64,000 nt of DNA, from NCBI RefSeq assembly GCF_006345805.1, contig NC_042999.1:434001-498000 (forward strand), in the 5' to 3' direction. Source of the DNA: Octopus sinensis. Taxonomy: Eukaryota. Each line of letters starts with the position of its first letter. The first letter of the stretch is position 1. The translations under genes and the position numbers were made by a program. The notes under the pieces were generated by a model. That model saw only the letters and a program-made list of their open reading frames with translations, made no database searches and was not told where the DNA came from. Shown piece by piece: positions 40,181 to 52,686 of the stretch.

Positions 40181-40218
40181 TCTTTCTGTTGAAGAGCGTA
40201 GGCTCGAAACGTAAAAGA
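40181..40218 (+). ncRNA. Minimal type-I hammerhead-like motif in a short (TA)n-embedded element
   Basis: tcttt-CTGTTGA-a-gagc(gtag)gctc-GAAAC-GTA-aaaga. Stems I and II are fully paired and stem III is a minimal ACGT; A6 is replaced by U. Confidence 0.65.
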
Positions 40219-40315
40219 CTTGTTTTATTTATATTCCTGAGCGCCATACTAATACAATTGTTTGTTTGTATTCCACCTGCCTTCGTCTTTTGTTTATTTT
40301 CATAAAGCTTCCCGT

Positions 40316-40385
<70 letters not shown>

Positions 40386-40485
40386 CATATATATATTTCA
40401 AATTTACAGAAAACAAAAGACACGAGGACAGGTGTAGGAACAACAAGCAAGTGTATTAGTTTAATGCTCGGGAAGAATGGAGAGG

Positions 40486-40522
40486 TCTTTTACGTTTCAA
40501 ACCTACGCTCTTCGACAGAAAG
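40486..40522 (-). ncRNA. Minimal type-I hammerhead-like motif (inverted second copy)
   Basis: Minus strand: cttt-CTGTCGA-a-gagc(gtag)gttt-GAAAC-GTA-aaaga. Confidence 0.6.
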
Positions 40523-40983
40523 GATTAAGAGATAAAAAATGGAGAGAGAATGAAAACGGGTGGATATAAAGGTGTTGATGGCGGTGTATCAAAAATGGCT
40601 GTTGTTCAGTTACTGGAAAGAGTGAAAGAATAAGATTTAAATACAAGGAAAATATTTGTGCAGAAGCTTCGTATAAGAGGCTCAGTTTTACGAAGTTTAA
40701 GTGTTTAAGCTGCGAATGGGGCTTTTCGAGCACACACGGAATTTACGTGGTGTTTTGAAGTTTACTTTGCGTCGTCTGTTTGAACCCGAAAATACCGACG
40801 CACAGCAGATAAGCATAGAATCCATATTTGAAAATTTCAGTTATTTGTTTTACCCATTTTAATGGTATGAATCAGCGGTTAAATTTGAGATTTGAACCCC
40901 TTCGCGATTCGATAAAATAAACTATCAGTCAAATACTTGATTCGTTGTAATCAGTTTCCCATATTCCTCTCCAAAATTATTCA

Positions 40984-41105
40984 CCTTGGTCTCTGCAACG
41001 AACCCATGTCCCGCTCAGGAAAAAGCATGTGATCTCGGTTACTCGTATGCTACGGAAAACGGGTAGCGAGCCTTATGGATCCTAGGGATTAAGAAAGGTA
41101 AACAA
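40984..41105 (+). repeat. ~120-bp direct repeat, copy 1
   Basis: Aligns with 43209-43332. Confidence 0.85.
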
Positions 41106-42224
41106 AAATTTCGATTAAACTCAAAGATGGAATACAGAGTTTTACTATCGAGGATATTTTCATTGCTGTTTAAATCAAAATATGAAGGTAAGCGTGAAAA
41201 GGCACATATATTATATAACTGTAATATACAAGCCGTTGGAATCACGAAAGAAGAAAATATTTGCCATCATTATTAATTGAAAATAACCTGATACAAAACT
41301 TTCAATAAGCTTTAATATATGTTCAATAAAGCTTAATATAAGTGAATAAAACCTAAAAGAAACCGTTAAGCATTTTTTCTTCGCTTCATGAAATACGATT
41401 TCATGTGGATCTGATCAACACAAAATTTATTAACCTTAAATCTACGCAAACATATTACAACAGCGTTACTTAATGAAATTGCTTTACCAAGTGGTAAACC
41501 TTTTTCACTGCTTACTCTATGGTTTCATTCATTTCCTCTAAACCTGTAATTCATAAAAATGACCGAATATCTCATGTTTTCATTGTATAAATGTTCGCTT
41601 ATTGCAAGTCAGTGGTGCAGTCAGTTTTACTGCATTTTCAAGCCTCATAAAAGACCACACTATACAGACACTTGTTCATTAAATATTATCATCGCTCGTA
41701 TCTTTCACATCACAGATAAAGACTGTGTAAGCACATCCATAGATCCATGACTAAACGTATTAGGTAAAATTATTTCTTTTCACAAGGCAGAAAGCTATTT
41801 CTTATCGACATTGTTGGCTGCACTCAATTCAAACGAACCTGAATATATTGCTCTCCTCTTTATAAAACTCTCGGAAATAAAATCAAAGATCAACCCCAAC
41901 GTAGTTCGAACAGAAGATTTTAAATGATACAATTGTATAGCCGTCACTGTTTCTTGCAACCTGTCTTATTTTTTTGTGTATATAATTAGGAACAGGGTCA
42001 CAAAATTGCACATGAAGAAGGGAATGATATCACATACAATATTTTATAACAGAACTAGAGGGATGCTAGCCGTAACAGAGAATTTACTGTGGAGCTTGTA
42101 GCCAGGTCCCTAGTGAGTTGAATGATACTTTTACTGTACGCTTTACTAATCAATATTGAGCATATATTTCGTTTTCGGATTTGGTTTGCAAGATTCTTTA
42201 TATGAGTTCGTGTGTTGAAGCATA

Positions 42225-42452
42225 TTCTGTTGTCTCTGGGGAGAGTCATTTTCTTTTTGTGCCTTATAATGTAACACACTCACCGGTAAAATTTCCACTT
42301 TTTTTATTTTTTATTTTTTATTTTTATTTTCCTAAAATTCTCGTTGCGTCTTGCAACCTTTTCAATAGTTTTGACTCTCTTTAGTTTTTACCGGTGAGTG
42401 TGTTACATCATAAGGCACAAAGAGAAAATGACTCTCCCCAGGCACAACAGAA
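42225..42452. mobile_element. Foldback/MITE-like element with ~70-bp imperfect TIRs
   Basis: ttctgttg...ggggagagtcattttc...aacacactcaccggtaaaa on the left is mirrored by ttttaccggtgagtgtgtta...gaaaatgactctcccc...caacagaa on the right. Confidence 0.75.
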
Positions 42453-42609
42453 TTTAGCATATAAATATGACAAAAATCGAAAGGAATTATAATTTCCATC
42501 TAAACTCCACAGTATCTCTTCGATTTTAATTCCATTATTCTTGTTGTCCAGACCTCGTTATTCAAAACTTCTACTGCAGAACAACTGTTTTATTAGCCAG
42601 CACCAATAC

Positions 42610-42725
42610 CTGTGTTTATTCTATAAATATTGACAGACATATTTACACTCTGAACTTCAATCATATCAATGTCTCCAGTTGGAGAATCCAGTGAACGACC
42701 ATAGGCATTGCTATAACTCTTCTGT
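42610..42725 (-). CDS. Candidate internal coding exon of an unidentified gene
   Basis: Acceptor tttcttttattacag and donor cag|gtattg; 116 bp open in one frame (QKSYSNAYGRSLDSPTGDIDMIEVQSVNMSVNIYRINT). No homology recognised. Confidence 0.25.
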
Positions 42726-43208
42726 CTGTAATAAAAGAAACGATGAGAATAGAGTGACACTTATAGACACGTTATTACATGTAGCAAAAGCAAAGCGAGC
42801 AACAATATCCTTCAGCTCTGCCACAACTGGCTCCAATAAACGCATAAACATCATAGAATATTATTCACATTTCAGTATACATTTATGGCATTACTCTTAT
42901 ATAAGTTAATATTCATAATACCTTGTAGTCTGTATTCTCACAAGAGACGAGCTTGCAGCGCAGACAAAATTGCAACACAATTTAAGTTACTTGTTGAAAT
43001 CATTTCCATTACATTTATGGCGTTACTGCTCTTCAGGAAGATATGAATATATCACGACATACTTATATCTTCTGCTCTTACGGCGAAATTTGAAAAGAAG
43101 TTATACTTCTCACTAAAAACGGGCAATCTTGTGGAAGCTAGTGAAAAACAGAGCCTGGACTGAGACCAAGAGCTATAGTCCAGACTGATTCCAAATGCAT
43201 TTTGTTTG

Positions 43209-43332
43209 CCTTGATCTCTGCAACGAACCGGTGTCCTGCTCAGGAAAAATCTTGTGATCTCGGTTACTCGTCTGCTACGGAAAACGGGTAGCGAGCCTTA
43301 TGAATCTTAGGGATTAAGAAAAGTAAACAAAA
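43209..43332 (+). repeat. ~120-bp direct repeat, copy 2
   Basis: Aligns with 40984-41105. Confidence 0.85.
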
Positions 43333-43456
43333 GTAAAAAGTAAAAAGCAAATATCAACCAATAAGCACCTGAAATTTCTCTGAGACGCTTTTCTATTTGT
43401 GCTGTTATCAAAATTTGAGGAACCGAAAAATTTATAATAGAACCGAACGCTTTACA

Positions 43457-44742
43457 TATTGGGTTGAGGAATAATTTATGTGCATTTTTCTTGTTTCAGA
43501 TTTATTTTAAACAAAGTAACTACAAAAAGGTTAATCAAAAATATACTCTTCATTGTTGTTTACGACTTTTCTGCATCGTTCAATAAGTTTTGCGAAGCCT
43601 CGGCGATAGAAATCTCCCTGTCTTGTCTCAAAGAATTCGTCCAACCAAGCCCCCAATTCTACGTCATTATTGAACGATATACCGCGCAGCAAAGCGGTCG
43701 AAAGATATGAATCTGACGGCGCCATGTCTGTAGAGTATAGAGTATGAGGCAGCACTTCTCATTCGAGTTCTTGAATCGCGGCTTTGGTTATATTGGCGAC
43801 GTGAGGACGGGCGTTGTTGTGTTGCAGGGGAACGCCATTTCGCTTATTCTGTCTTTTTTGCTGAATTGCATCGTTGAGTCGGTGCAGTTGTTGAATCTAG
43901 AGCTCTGTATTGAGTGTTCGGTTGCGACCAAGCTGTTTATAATGAATTATGCCTTCCCAGGTTCACCATACACACAACATGGTCTCTCGAGGATAGAGGT
44001 CTTGTTTTGTTCGCGGAGTCGCTTGTTTTTCGGGGCTGAGCCATTCTTTACGCTGCTTCATTTTAACATAAAGCCATCAGTGTTCATTGTTGGTGACAAT
44101 GCTGTAAAGAAACCGCTGTTTGTCACTATATGTTGAGCAATGTCAATCGAGAAAACTGGTGGCGATTGTAGAGCGACGATTTTTGTTATTTTCGCTAAAA
44201 GCGAGTGGCACACAAGGGCCGATTTTCTGAACATTGCCTTTTGAGTGAAGGTTGTTCGCGACAGTTTTCTTTTTATCACATTCCATCTGCCCCGCCACTT
44301 CTCCAGTCGTTTCACGCGGAATTTCATGAAGAACCTGATTCTATCACTCTTCATCGAACTCGCTTAGTCGATGGGTGTGTGATCTGTCCTTGAGGTCAAC
44401 ATTTTTGAAGCGCGAAAACCAACGGCGGGGGTTCTTTGATGTATTGCTCCTTCTCCATACACAGCACAAATCTTACGAGTAGCTTCAGCGGCCTTAACAC
44501 CGCGATTAAATGCAAAAAACAAATGGCGTCGAAACTGCTCAGTTTTGTCAACTTGACATTCAATTTTAGTGATCTTAAAATACACAAAATAATAAATTTA
44601 AAAAACCAAAACATTATCTTGTGGAGCAAAAAAATAAATTCTTTTAAATAACATAAAACATTTTGAAAATGAGTTTTATTTCTGCATTTAATTCTTTTAT
44701 TTGAAAAAAGAAATCGCTTGTGAATTATTCCTCAACCGAATA
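43457..44742 (-). mobile_element. Full-length inactive mariner (DD34D-type) transposon
   Basis: TIRs tattgggttgaggaataatt / aattattcctcaaccgaata with TA ends, ~1.29 kb. HTH segment FRRHLFFAFNRGVKAAEA; catalytic region IVTNNE, QHNNARPH, YSTDMAPSD; stops and frameshifts present. Confidence 0.93.
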
Positions 44743-45375
44743 GGGTACAGTCTAAAAGTACTGGAGTACCAGACGGATAATACAACCAGGTGTAGAAAAA
44801 ATGCAAGCTGAATGATTAATGATTAATATTGTCTTAGATTTCACAGTTTTGTTTCATATCTCGTAATGCTCATGAATAAACTACGTGTTAATTTCCATTC
44901 ATATTGTATAGCACGGAGAATTATAATCAGATATTCTATGGAAGCATTAAATTATGTAAGAAGAAAAAGTACTCCGAGAACCCAATATAATTAGAGAATA
45001 TAGCGTTGGTTCCGTTGACTAGCTTCGGTTAGGCCAACATTTTGCATCGGAGTCACGAAGAAAATATGAATCGATTCCGGTGTATTTTATCTCAGAAAAA
45101 ATTCACCCGAAACTACACACAATTGCATTTGCACATTTACATATAAACACCTTGATGTAGACGATTGCAAATGTAAAATCCATCTATCTCTCTTTTCTTT
45201 CTTTCTTTTCCTCTCTCTCTATGTACACATACATACACACATATGTACTCACACATATACACACGCGCATATATATATGTATGTATATGTATAGGTATGT
45301 CAAATCTATTCGTAAGTGTTTCACATGGCTCTATGCACTCATATATACAGAAATGTATATATATATATTATATAT

Positions 45376-45419
<44 letters not shown>

Positions 45420-45538
45420 TGCACACACACATACATGCACACACACACATATATATATATATACATACATATATATATATGCATATATATATGTACATAT
45501 TATACATATATATGTGTGTGTGTGTGCTCATATATATA

Positions 45539-45581
<43 letters not shown>

Positions 45582-46526
45582 ACGAGATAGATAGATAGAT
45601 AGATAGATAAAGATTTGAGGTGCTTACGTATGGAATTGATATTCAATATAGAAATAGATGAAAGATCAGAAAACTGAGTGCAGCACTTTCACCAAATGCA
45701 AAGGTGCACTTGCACATGCTAGTATTGGTTTTTCTTCAGAGAAAGAATCAGAAACATCAAAAACATTTCATTTCCATTCTCCAATAAATTTGTAGATCTT
45801 GCATTTGAGTAAGACATCCATATTTATCAGAGTTTTTTTTCCTATGTCAGTGATCCAGATGCTTCGTGCCTGGAATTAAATATTTTATTGCTTAAATATG
45901 AATGAAAAGAAGAAAGTATATTCCAAAAGATTCATACTAGAGGAGAAACCGAAAAGGAAGCTAAAACTGGCATCGAACAAAAATATAATAAAAAGCTGAA
46001 GGAAGACTCCCCCCGAATGACTCATCTTATTGCTTTGTTTAGTGATAACAATGGAATTTTCCAGAAGAAAAAGTGTTGCAATACTTAAATATATATATAT
46101 AAAACTGATGTGCAGTTGGTCGGCAATTCTACAATAAATGTTTGTTTTAAATATTTTCTTTTTTTTTTTGTCAACGATAAGTTATGATTTGATGGAATAA
46201 AATTTTACCTCTTTTTTAGAGCTGGGAATATACGAGGGAACCGTTTCGAAATCTGAGAGAATATATGAGTAAATTAGAATGAGCAAAAGCAAGGTTGTTG
46301 CTATATGTCGGTATGTGTGGTCGGAGAGTATACTTTTTTGTATGTATGTTTTTCCGTATGTATATGTGTCAAACAGTACAGCAAAAATGACTCCAATGCA
46401 CGTTAGAGTTTTCTATACGTTTACAATCGTTATTAATCTATAAAAAATATCATAGAAAAACTGTTGTGAAGTGGATGTGAAATGACAGCAAAAAGAAAGA
46501 TTTCAACTTAGCACAATGTATTTCGG

Positions 46527-46830
<304 letters not shown>

Positions 46831-47369
46831 TATATATATTTAGTAGAAGTAACAGATTGACTGTAGGTCCGAGAGTTTCGTGCATCGACATTCATCAAAC
46901 TTATGATAAGAGCCAACGTACAAAACTAAATAGTATTAAAAATGTACATAGACACATTCTGTTTTTTCCGGTTTGCATGAGCATATATATATATATATAT
47001 ATATAGTACACACCACACACATATATTTCAAGAATTAAATATATAAGAATACAACAAACTGAAACAATTAACAAAAACATAACAAACAAAAAATTTAACA
47101 AAATCATAGTACACGGAAAATTCCCAGCTGATTACTCATCAGTCAATGTCTAAATGATGATAATGTGTTCGCACATTTATAATTGATACCACTCCATCTT
47201 GGCAGCGCCAGAGTAGAAAGCTACTGGGAATAGCCTCGAACGTATGCGACAATGGGAGAACCAAGCAAGATTAACTAAAACAATATAACAATTATACGTT
47301 TACAAAAGCAATAATAATTTTAGATATACAACAGAAAAAGATTAATTATACATATATAAAAAAAAAGGC

Positions 47370-47990
47370 TGTACATATTTGTGTTTACTGCGCACGAGAA
47401 AATCCTTGCTTGCATGTGAACAAAACATACAATTTACCTGGGGTCAATGTCTGGTGTGGAGTATCAAGAGATTTAATAGGATCATTTTTCTTGAAGGTGA
47501 TGTTATTGGTCACGAATACCTGGACGTACAACCCATGTCTTTTTTACTTGCCATACACGCGCTTTATGGGAATGAATATTTTCGTCCAACAAAACTGCAC
47601 ACCGCCGAGATATGTGAACTTGCCTGGATGAGATTTTGAAAGGACTCTGGCTACGACGAAGAGGTACATTTGAGTTCCTGCATGTTCTTTAATAATTGCA
47701 GACTATTTATTGATCCAGCACCCTAAAAATGTGTATCGTAGAAAACCGGCTACACTGACGGCCACACGAAAAGAAATTGGAACATGTTCAACAATCCCAC
47801 TGGACATTCTTGTTAATGTTGCCCAAGCAGCTGTTTGCCGTAATAGAGTCAGAAAGCCAGAAAGGCCAATTGTCACCACTTTGAGCAACTCTTGGAATTG
47901 TAAAGGTTAAAACTGATATCTGAATAAACTTACCATAAAAATATCTCTAGACGTTTTTCTCTTCTAGAAGTGTGTATACATATTTTTCGC
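47370..47990 (+). pseudogene. Degenerate Tc1-like transposase fragment
   Basis: ENPCLHVNKTYNLPGVNVWCGVS, IGSFFLEGDV and FVQQNCTPP resemble the VWCG, IGPFFF and FQQDGAPPH motifs; frameshifted. Confidence 0.7.
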
Positions 47991-48007
47991 GGACTTTGAT
48001 TATGTCT

Positions 48008-48042
<35 letters not shown>

Positions 48043-48043
48043 A

Positions 48044-48397
48044 TTTTCATTCTGCCACACGATGACGATACGCAAAGCTAAGAATATTTTTGCTCCTTTT
48101 TTTCTTTTTTCTCCCTCTCTACTACGTTAGGACTGACAGTTTTAAATGATCTCATCGCTAACAACCTATTAGAATTTCGTTAATTCTCCCTAAATTCCGG
48201 CTGACCTGTTCGCTGGCCATTTTTATTTTCATTCTGCCACACGATGACGATACGCAAAGCTAAGAATATTTTTGCTCCTTTTTTCTTTTTTCTTCTCCCT
48301 CTCTACTACGTTAGGATGACAGTTTTAAATGATCTCATCGCTAACAACCTATTAGAATTTCGTAATTCTCCCTAAATTCCGGCTGACCTGTTCGCTG
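48044..48397. repeat. Near-identical tandem dimer (~183-bp period)
   Basis: 48044-48215 aligns with 48227-48397. Confidence 0.9.
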
Positions 48398-48629
48398 TGC
48401 GCGCCGCCCAAACCCACCCCCACCACCAATACCGGATATCTCTCTATTCTCCTCCCCTTCCCACTTCCCTCCTAGTGATATTGCTGCTTCTACTACAACT
48501 GCTGCTGCTGATGATGATGGTGAATATTAGTGGTTGAAATTTAACATAGGCAAAAAAAAAAAAAACCGTAATAATAATTTAACATTACTTGAAAAGGTAG
48601 TGGGTAGCGAACAACTTCTTCACTACTTC

Positions 48630-51600
48630 AGGGAGTGACGACCCTGCCTGACACGAGTTCCGGGCTCAGCTGGCTCCGGCTGACAGTACCCGGTATGGGC
48701 CCCTATCCAGGGTTACGGAAAGGAGACAACCTTCAATGAAATCCGGTGAGTGGACCCCGAAGGCGGTCTAGTGTTCGACTCGACACTCTTCCGCGGCAGC
48801 TCCTGCAACCAAGCTGGTGCCAACGTAATGCACTGCACTCCACTGGACTACATCAGCAAGTCGAGAGAGGAAACCTGACGATTGGGCTACCCAGACTTTC
48901 TTATCTATAGCCCAGGCCTGCGCAAAACTGGAGAGGACACTTCAGTGCTGCTGTAAAAAGCTGCAGAAACAACACGGGAGGTAACAGTTACGAGTGATAA
49001 GTCCATTCAGATTGGCGTAAAATATGGACGCTACGGGTTACCTCTGCCGGTGGGAGGGACTTCCGTGTCCTATTGGTTAGCTACTGCCCACCTCAAGCTG
49101 GGCAGCCCCCAGTTAATAAGGTGCTGACCCGCCACAAGCGCCTGTTCCATTGGGTGCTTGGAGCTAAGAGTACGACTCGAAAAGCGGCCTGCAACCTCTG
49201 CACCAGGCAAGCAACTAAAATTCAAGAAAACACCAGTTCTGCAGTTGGCAAGCTGGAATGTCAGGACCATGTGTCCTGGAATATCTGACGATCTTCTCAG
49301 TATTGAAGACACAGGAAAACGGCCATCATTGACCGTGAACTAAAGAGGCTCAACATAGATATTGCTGGCTGCAGGAGACAAGACTTCCCTCAAACGGCAG
49401 ACTCAAAAGCAGGACTTCACCTTCTTTTGGCAGGGAAGAGATCCAAAGAACCTCGTCAACATGGCGTTGGCTTTGCAGTGAGAACTCACTACTCTCCTCA
49501 ATAGAACCACCATCGGGAGGCACTGAGCGTATCCTCTTACTGCGCCTCCGACTTCTTCTGGCTCAGTACATCTACTCAGCATCTATGCTCCCACTCTCTA
49601 CAGCTCAGAGGAGACCAAGGACCAGTTCTACAAATATCTCAACTGTGTCCTAGAAAATATACCAACGACTGAAAATATCTACCTTCTAGGGGATTTTAAC
49701 GCTCGCGTGGGATCTGACCATGATTCGTGGCCCATTTGTGTTGGACACTTTGGTATTGGCAACATGAATGACAATGGTCAGAGACTACTCGAATTCTGCA
49801 CATACCACAACCTGTGCATCACAAACACATTTTTTACCAGCAAGCCATCCCACAAGGCATCCTGGAGACATCCAAGATCTCACCACTGGCATCAGCTGGA
49901 TCTCATCATTACACGGAGATCCTTTCTGAGTTCCACTCTATTGACCCGCAGTTACCACAGTGCGGATTGTGACACAGACCACTCACTAATTAGAAGCAGG
50001 GTGAGGATTCTCCTAAAAAAGTCCATCGCTCCAAGAAAGTGGGCCGACCATGCATCAACACCACCAGCACACCGAACCTCGGACCCTACACTGCGAAAAT
50101 GTTTTGCTGCTTCTATCAAGGTTGCCCTCAGTAGCTGCCCAACCTCCTCTGCTGAAAGTAGGTGGGACTATATCAGGGAAGTCTTGTATACGACATCATT
50201 GGATACTTTCGGCATGAGAGAAAGGCAAAACCCAGATTGGTTCAATGCTGGGCTCTCAGAGCTGGCCAGTTATCGAAGCAAAGCGTGCAGCTCTGGTGCA
50301 ATACAAGAGTGACTCTTCTACAAAGTCACTCGAAGAACTCAGAAAGGCACGAAATAAAACCCAACTGACAGCCAGATGCTGTGCAAATAGGTATTGGCAG
50401 GAAATCTGTCAGAGTATCCAGTCAGCTGCTGACAGGGGCGACACCCGTGGGATGTATGCTGGTTTGAAGAAGGCCCTCGGTCCATCCGCAACCAAGTCAG
50501 CTCCTCTGAAATCAACTACTGGAGATCTCATCAGGGATCAAGGCAAACAAATGGATAGATGGGTGGAGCACTACCAGGATCTCTACTCACGGGAGACCAC
50601 AGTGGCTGAGACTGCAGTCGAGAGTGTCAAGATCTTGCCAGTCATGTGCGAACTTGACAGTCCGCCATCTATAGCAGAGCTCACCAAGGCTGTTGACTCC
50701 CTAGCAAGAAATAAGGCTCCGGGAAAAGACGGCATCCCCTCAGAGATCATCAAAGCCGGCAAAAACACCATCCTGCTTCGGCACCTTCATGAACTTCTGT
50801 GTCAGTGCTGGGAAGAGGGTACAGTCCCTCAGGATATGCGAGATGCCAACATCATTACGCTCTACAAAAACAAAGGTGACCGTGGTGATTGTAACAATTA
50901 CCGTGGTATATCCCTTCTAAGCACTGTTGGAAAGACCTTTGCCCGCGTTATCCTGGCCAGGCTGCAACTACTTGCTTCTCGAATCTATCCGGAATCGCAG
51001 TGTGGCTTTAGAAGAAGCAGATCAACTATCGATATGATATTCTCCATACGCCAACTTCAGGAGAAGTCCAGAGAGCAGAAAATGCCATTATATATGGCCT
51101 TCATTGATCTAACAAAGGCTTTTGACTCGGTAAGCAGAACAGGCCTCTTCCTCCTGCTCCAAAAAATCGGATGTCCACCAAAGCTGCTGAGGATCATCAA
51201 GTCTTTCCATGATGACATGCAAGGCACCATACAGCACAACGGTTCAACATCAGCCGCCTTCCAAATAAAAAACGGAGTAAAGCAAGGCTGTGTCCTCGCT
51301 CCTACATTGTTTGGCATCTTCTTCTCACTCTTGCTGTCACATGCCTTTCAGACATCAGATGATGGAATGTTTCTGCACAGTAGAAGTGACGGGAAACTGT
51401 TCAATCTCTCGCGCCTGCGTGCCAAGACCAAAATCAGAAACGTCCTGATCAAGGAGATGTTATTTGCTGATGATGCCGCTCTGGTAACACACACAGAAGA
51501 AGCCCTCCAAAGGCTCATTAACTGTTTTGAGCAAGCATGTAACGACTTTGGCTTAGCTATCAGCCTTAAGAAGACCAACATCATGGGCCAGGCTACATCG

Positions 51601-52490
51601 GACATCCCAAACATACATATTGGAGACCACAGATTACAAGAGGTGGAGAAGTTTACCTATCTGGGCTCTACCGTCACCTACAACCTATCCCTTGACGCTG
51701 AGCTCAATATACGCATTGGCAAGGCAGCTGCTGCGATGGCCCAACTCTCCAAACGGGCTTGGGACAACAATAAGCTGACCAAGACCACAAAAATGAAGAT
51801 CTACCAGGCATGTGTACTCAGCACTCTACTGTATGGAAGCGAGACCTGGACGCTATACACACGCCAAGAGCGTCGCCTAAACATCTTTCACCTGCGCTGC
51901 CTCCGAAAAATCCTCCACATCAAATGGCAGAATCATATCCCCAACAAAGATGTCCTCAGGCAAGCAGGAATACCAAGCATGTTTGCACTCCTCACACAAA
52001 GACGTATGAGATGGCTTGGGCATGTTAGCCGTATGAAAGATGGCAGAATCCCCAGGACATACTCTACGGAGAGCTTGCTAGGGGTACTAGGTCTGTGGGT
52101 AGACCGATCTTACGTTACAAGGATGTTTGCAAAAGGGATATGAAGGCCTGCAACATCAACATTAGCGGTTGGGAGGCAGTCGCCGGCAACCGTGGAGAAT
52201 GGCGACGTACAGTAAAAGAGGGTATACAGAGGAGTGACAGAAAGAGAGAGGAGAAATGGAAAGAAAGGAAGAGACATAAACAAGAGACCATGGCACTACA
52301 ACCAGCCAGGAACAGTCTTCGCTACATTTGCAGTACCTGCCAGAGGGAGTGTTTGTCCAGGATAGGACTACACAGCCACAGCAACAAATGTAACAGGAAA
52401 TAAAATATAACAGCCGGACTAGACCTAGAAAAAAAAAAAAAATGCGCAACTCCATTGTCTCCCGAGACAGAAAGGATGCCAAACAATATA
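48630..52490 (+). mobile_element. RTE-clade LINE, near full length
   Basis: GC-rich 5'UTR. APE motifs LASWNVRTM, QETR, YAPT, GDFNARVG, NDNGQRLLEFC, DTDH. RT motifs YRGISLL, QCGFR, FIDLTKAFD, GVKQGCVLAP, LFADDAAL, FTYLGS. C-terminal CSTCQRECLSRIGLHSH. 3' end ccattgtctcccgagacagaaaggatgcc. Confidence 0.95.
50245..52143 (+). CDS. Reverse transcriptase portion of the RTE ORF (632 uninterrupted codons; frameshifted from the EN and C-terminal parts)
   Basis: All RT subdomains are present in one frame; the ORF start in the track is not the biological start. Confidence 0.85.
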   Translation: MLGSQSWPVIEAKRAALVQYKSDSSTKSLEELRKARNKTQLTARCCANRYWQEICQSIQSAADRGDTRGMYAGLKKALGPSATKSAPLKSTTGDLIRDQGKQMDRWVEHYQDLYSRETTVAETAVESVKILPVMCELDSPPSIAELTKAVDSLARNKAPGKDGIPSEIIKAGKNTILLRHLHELLCQCWEEGTVPQDMRDANIITLYKNKGDRGDCNNYRGISLLSTVGKTFARVILARLQLLASRIYPESQCGFRRSRSTIDMIFSIRQLQEKSREQKMPLYMAFIDLTKAFDSVSRTGLFLLLQKIGCPPKLLRIIKSFHDDMQGTIQHNGSTSAAFQIKNGVKQGCVLAPTLFGIFFSLLLSHAFQTSDDGMFLHSRSDGKLFNLSRLRAKTKIRNVLIKEMLFADDAALVTHTEEALQRLINCFEQACNDFGLAISLKKTNIMGQATSDIPNIHIGDHRLQEVEKFTYLGSTVTYNLSLDAELNIRIGKAAAAMAQLSKRAWDNNKLTKTTKMKIYQACVLSTLLYGSETWTLYTRQERRLNIFHLRCLRKILHIKWQNHIPNKDVLRQAGIPSMFALLTQRRMRWLGHVSRMKDGRIPRTYSTESLLGVLGLWVDRSYVTRMFAKGI

Positions 52491-52622
52491 CATAATAAAT
52501 ACGCACGCGCACATACATACATACATACACGCGCACGAATACACATATATATGTATGTGTGTATGTATATATATATATGCATATATATATACATATATAA
52601 ATATATATATATACATATATAA

Positions 52623-52686
<64 letters not shown>

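Noticed and set aside
48600-48720. HDV-like ribozyme at the 5' end of the large RTE
   Set aside because: No P3/L3 consensus or convincing nested pseudoknot was found by eye.
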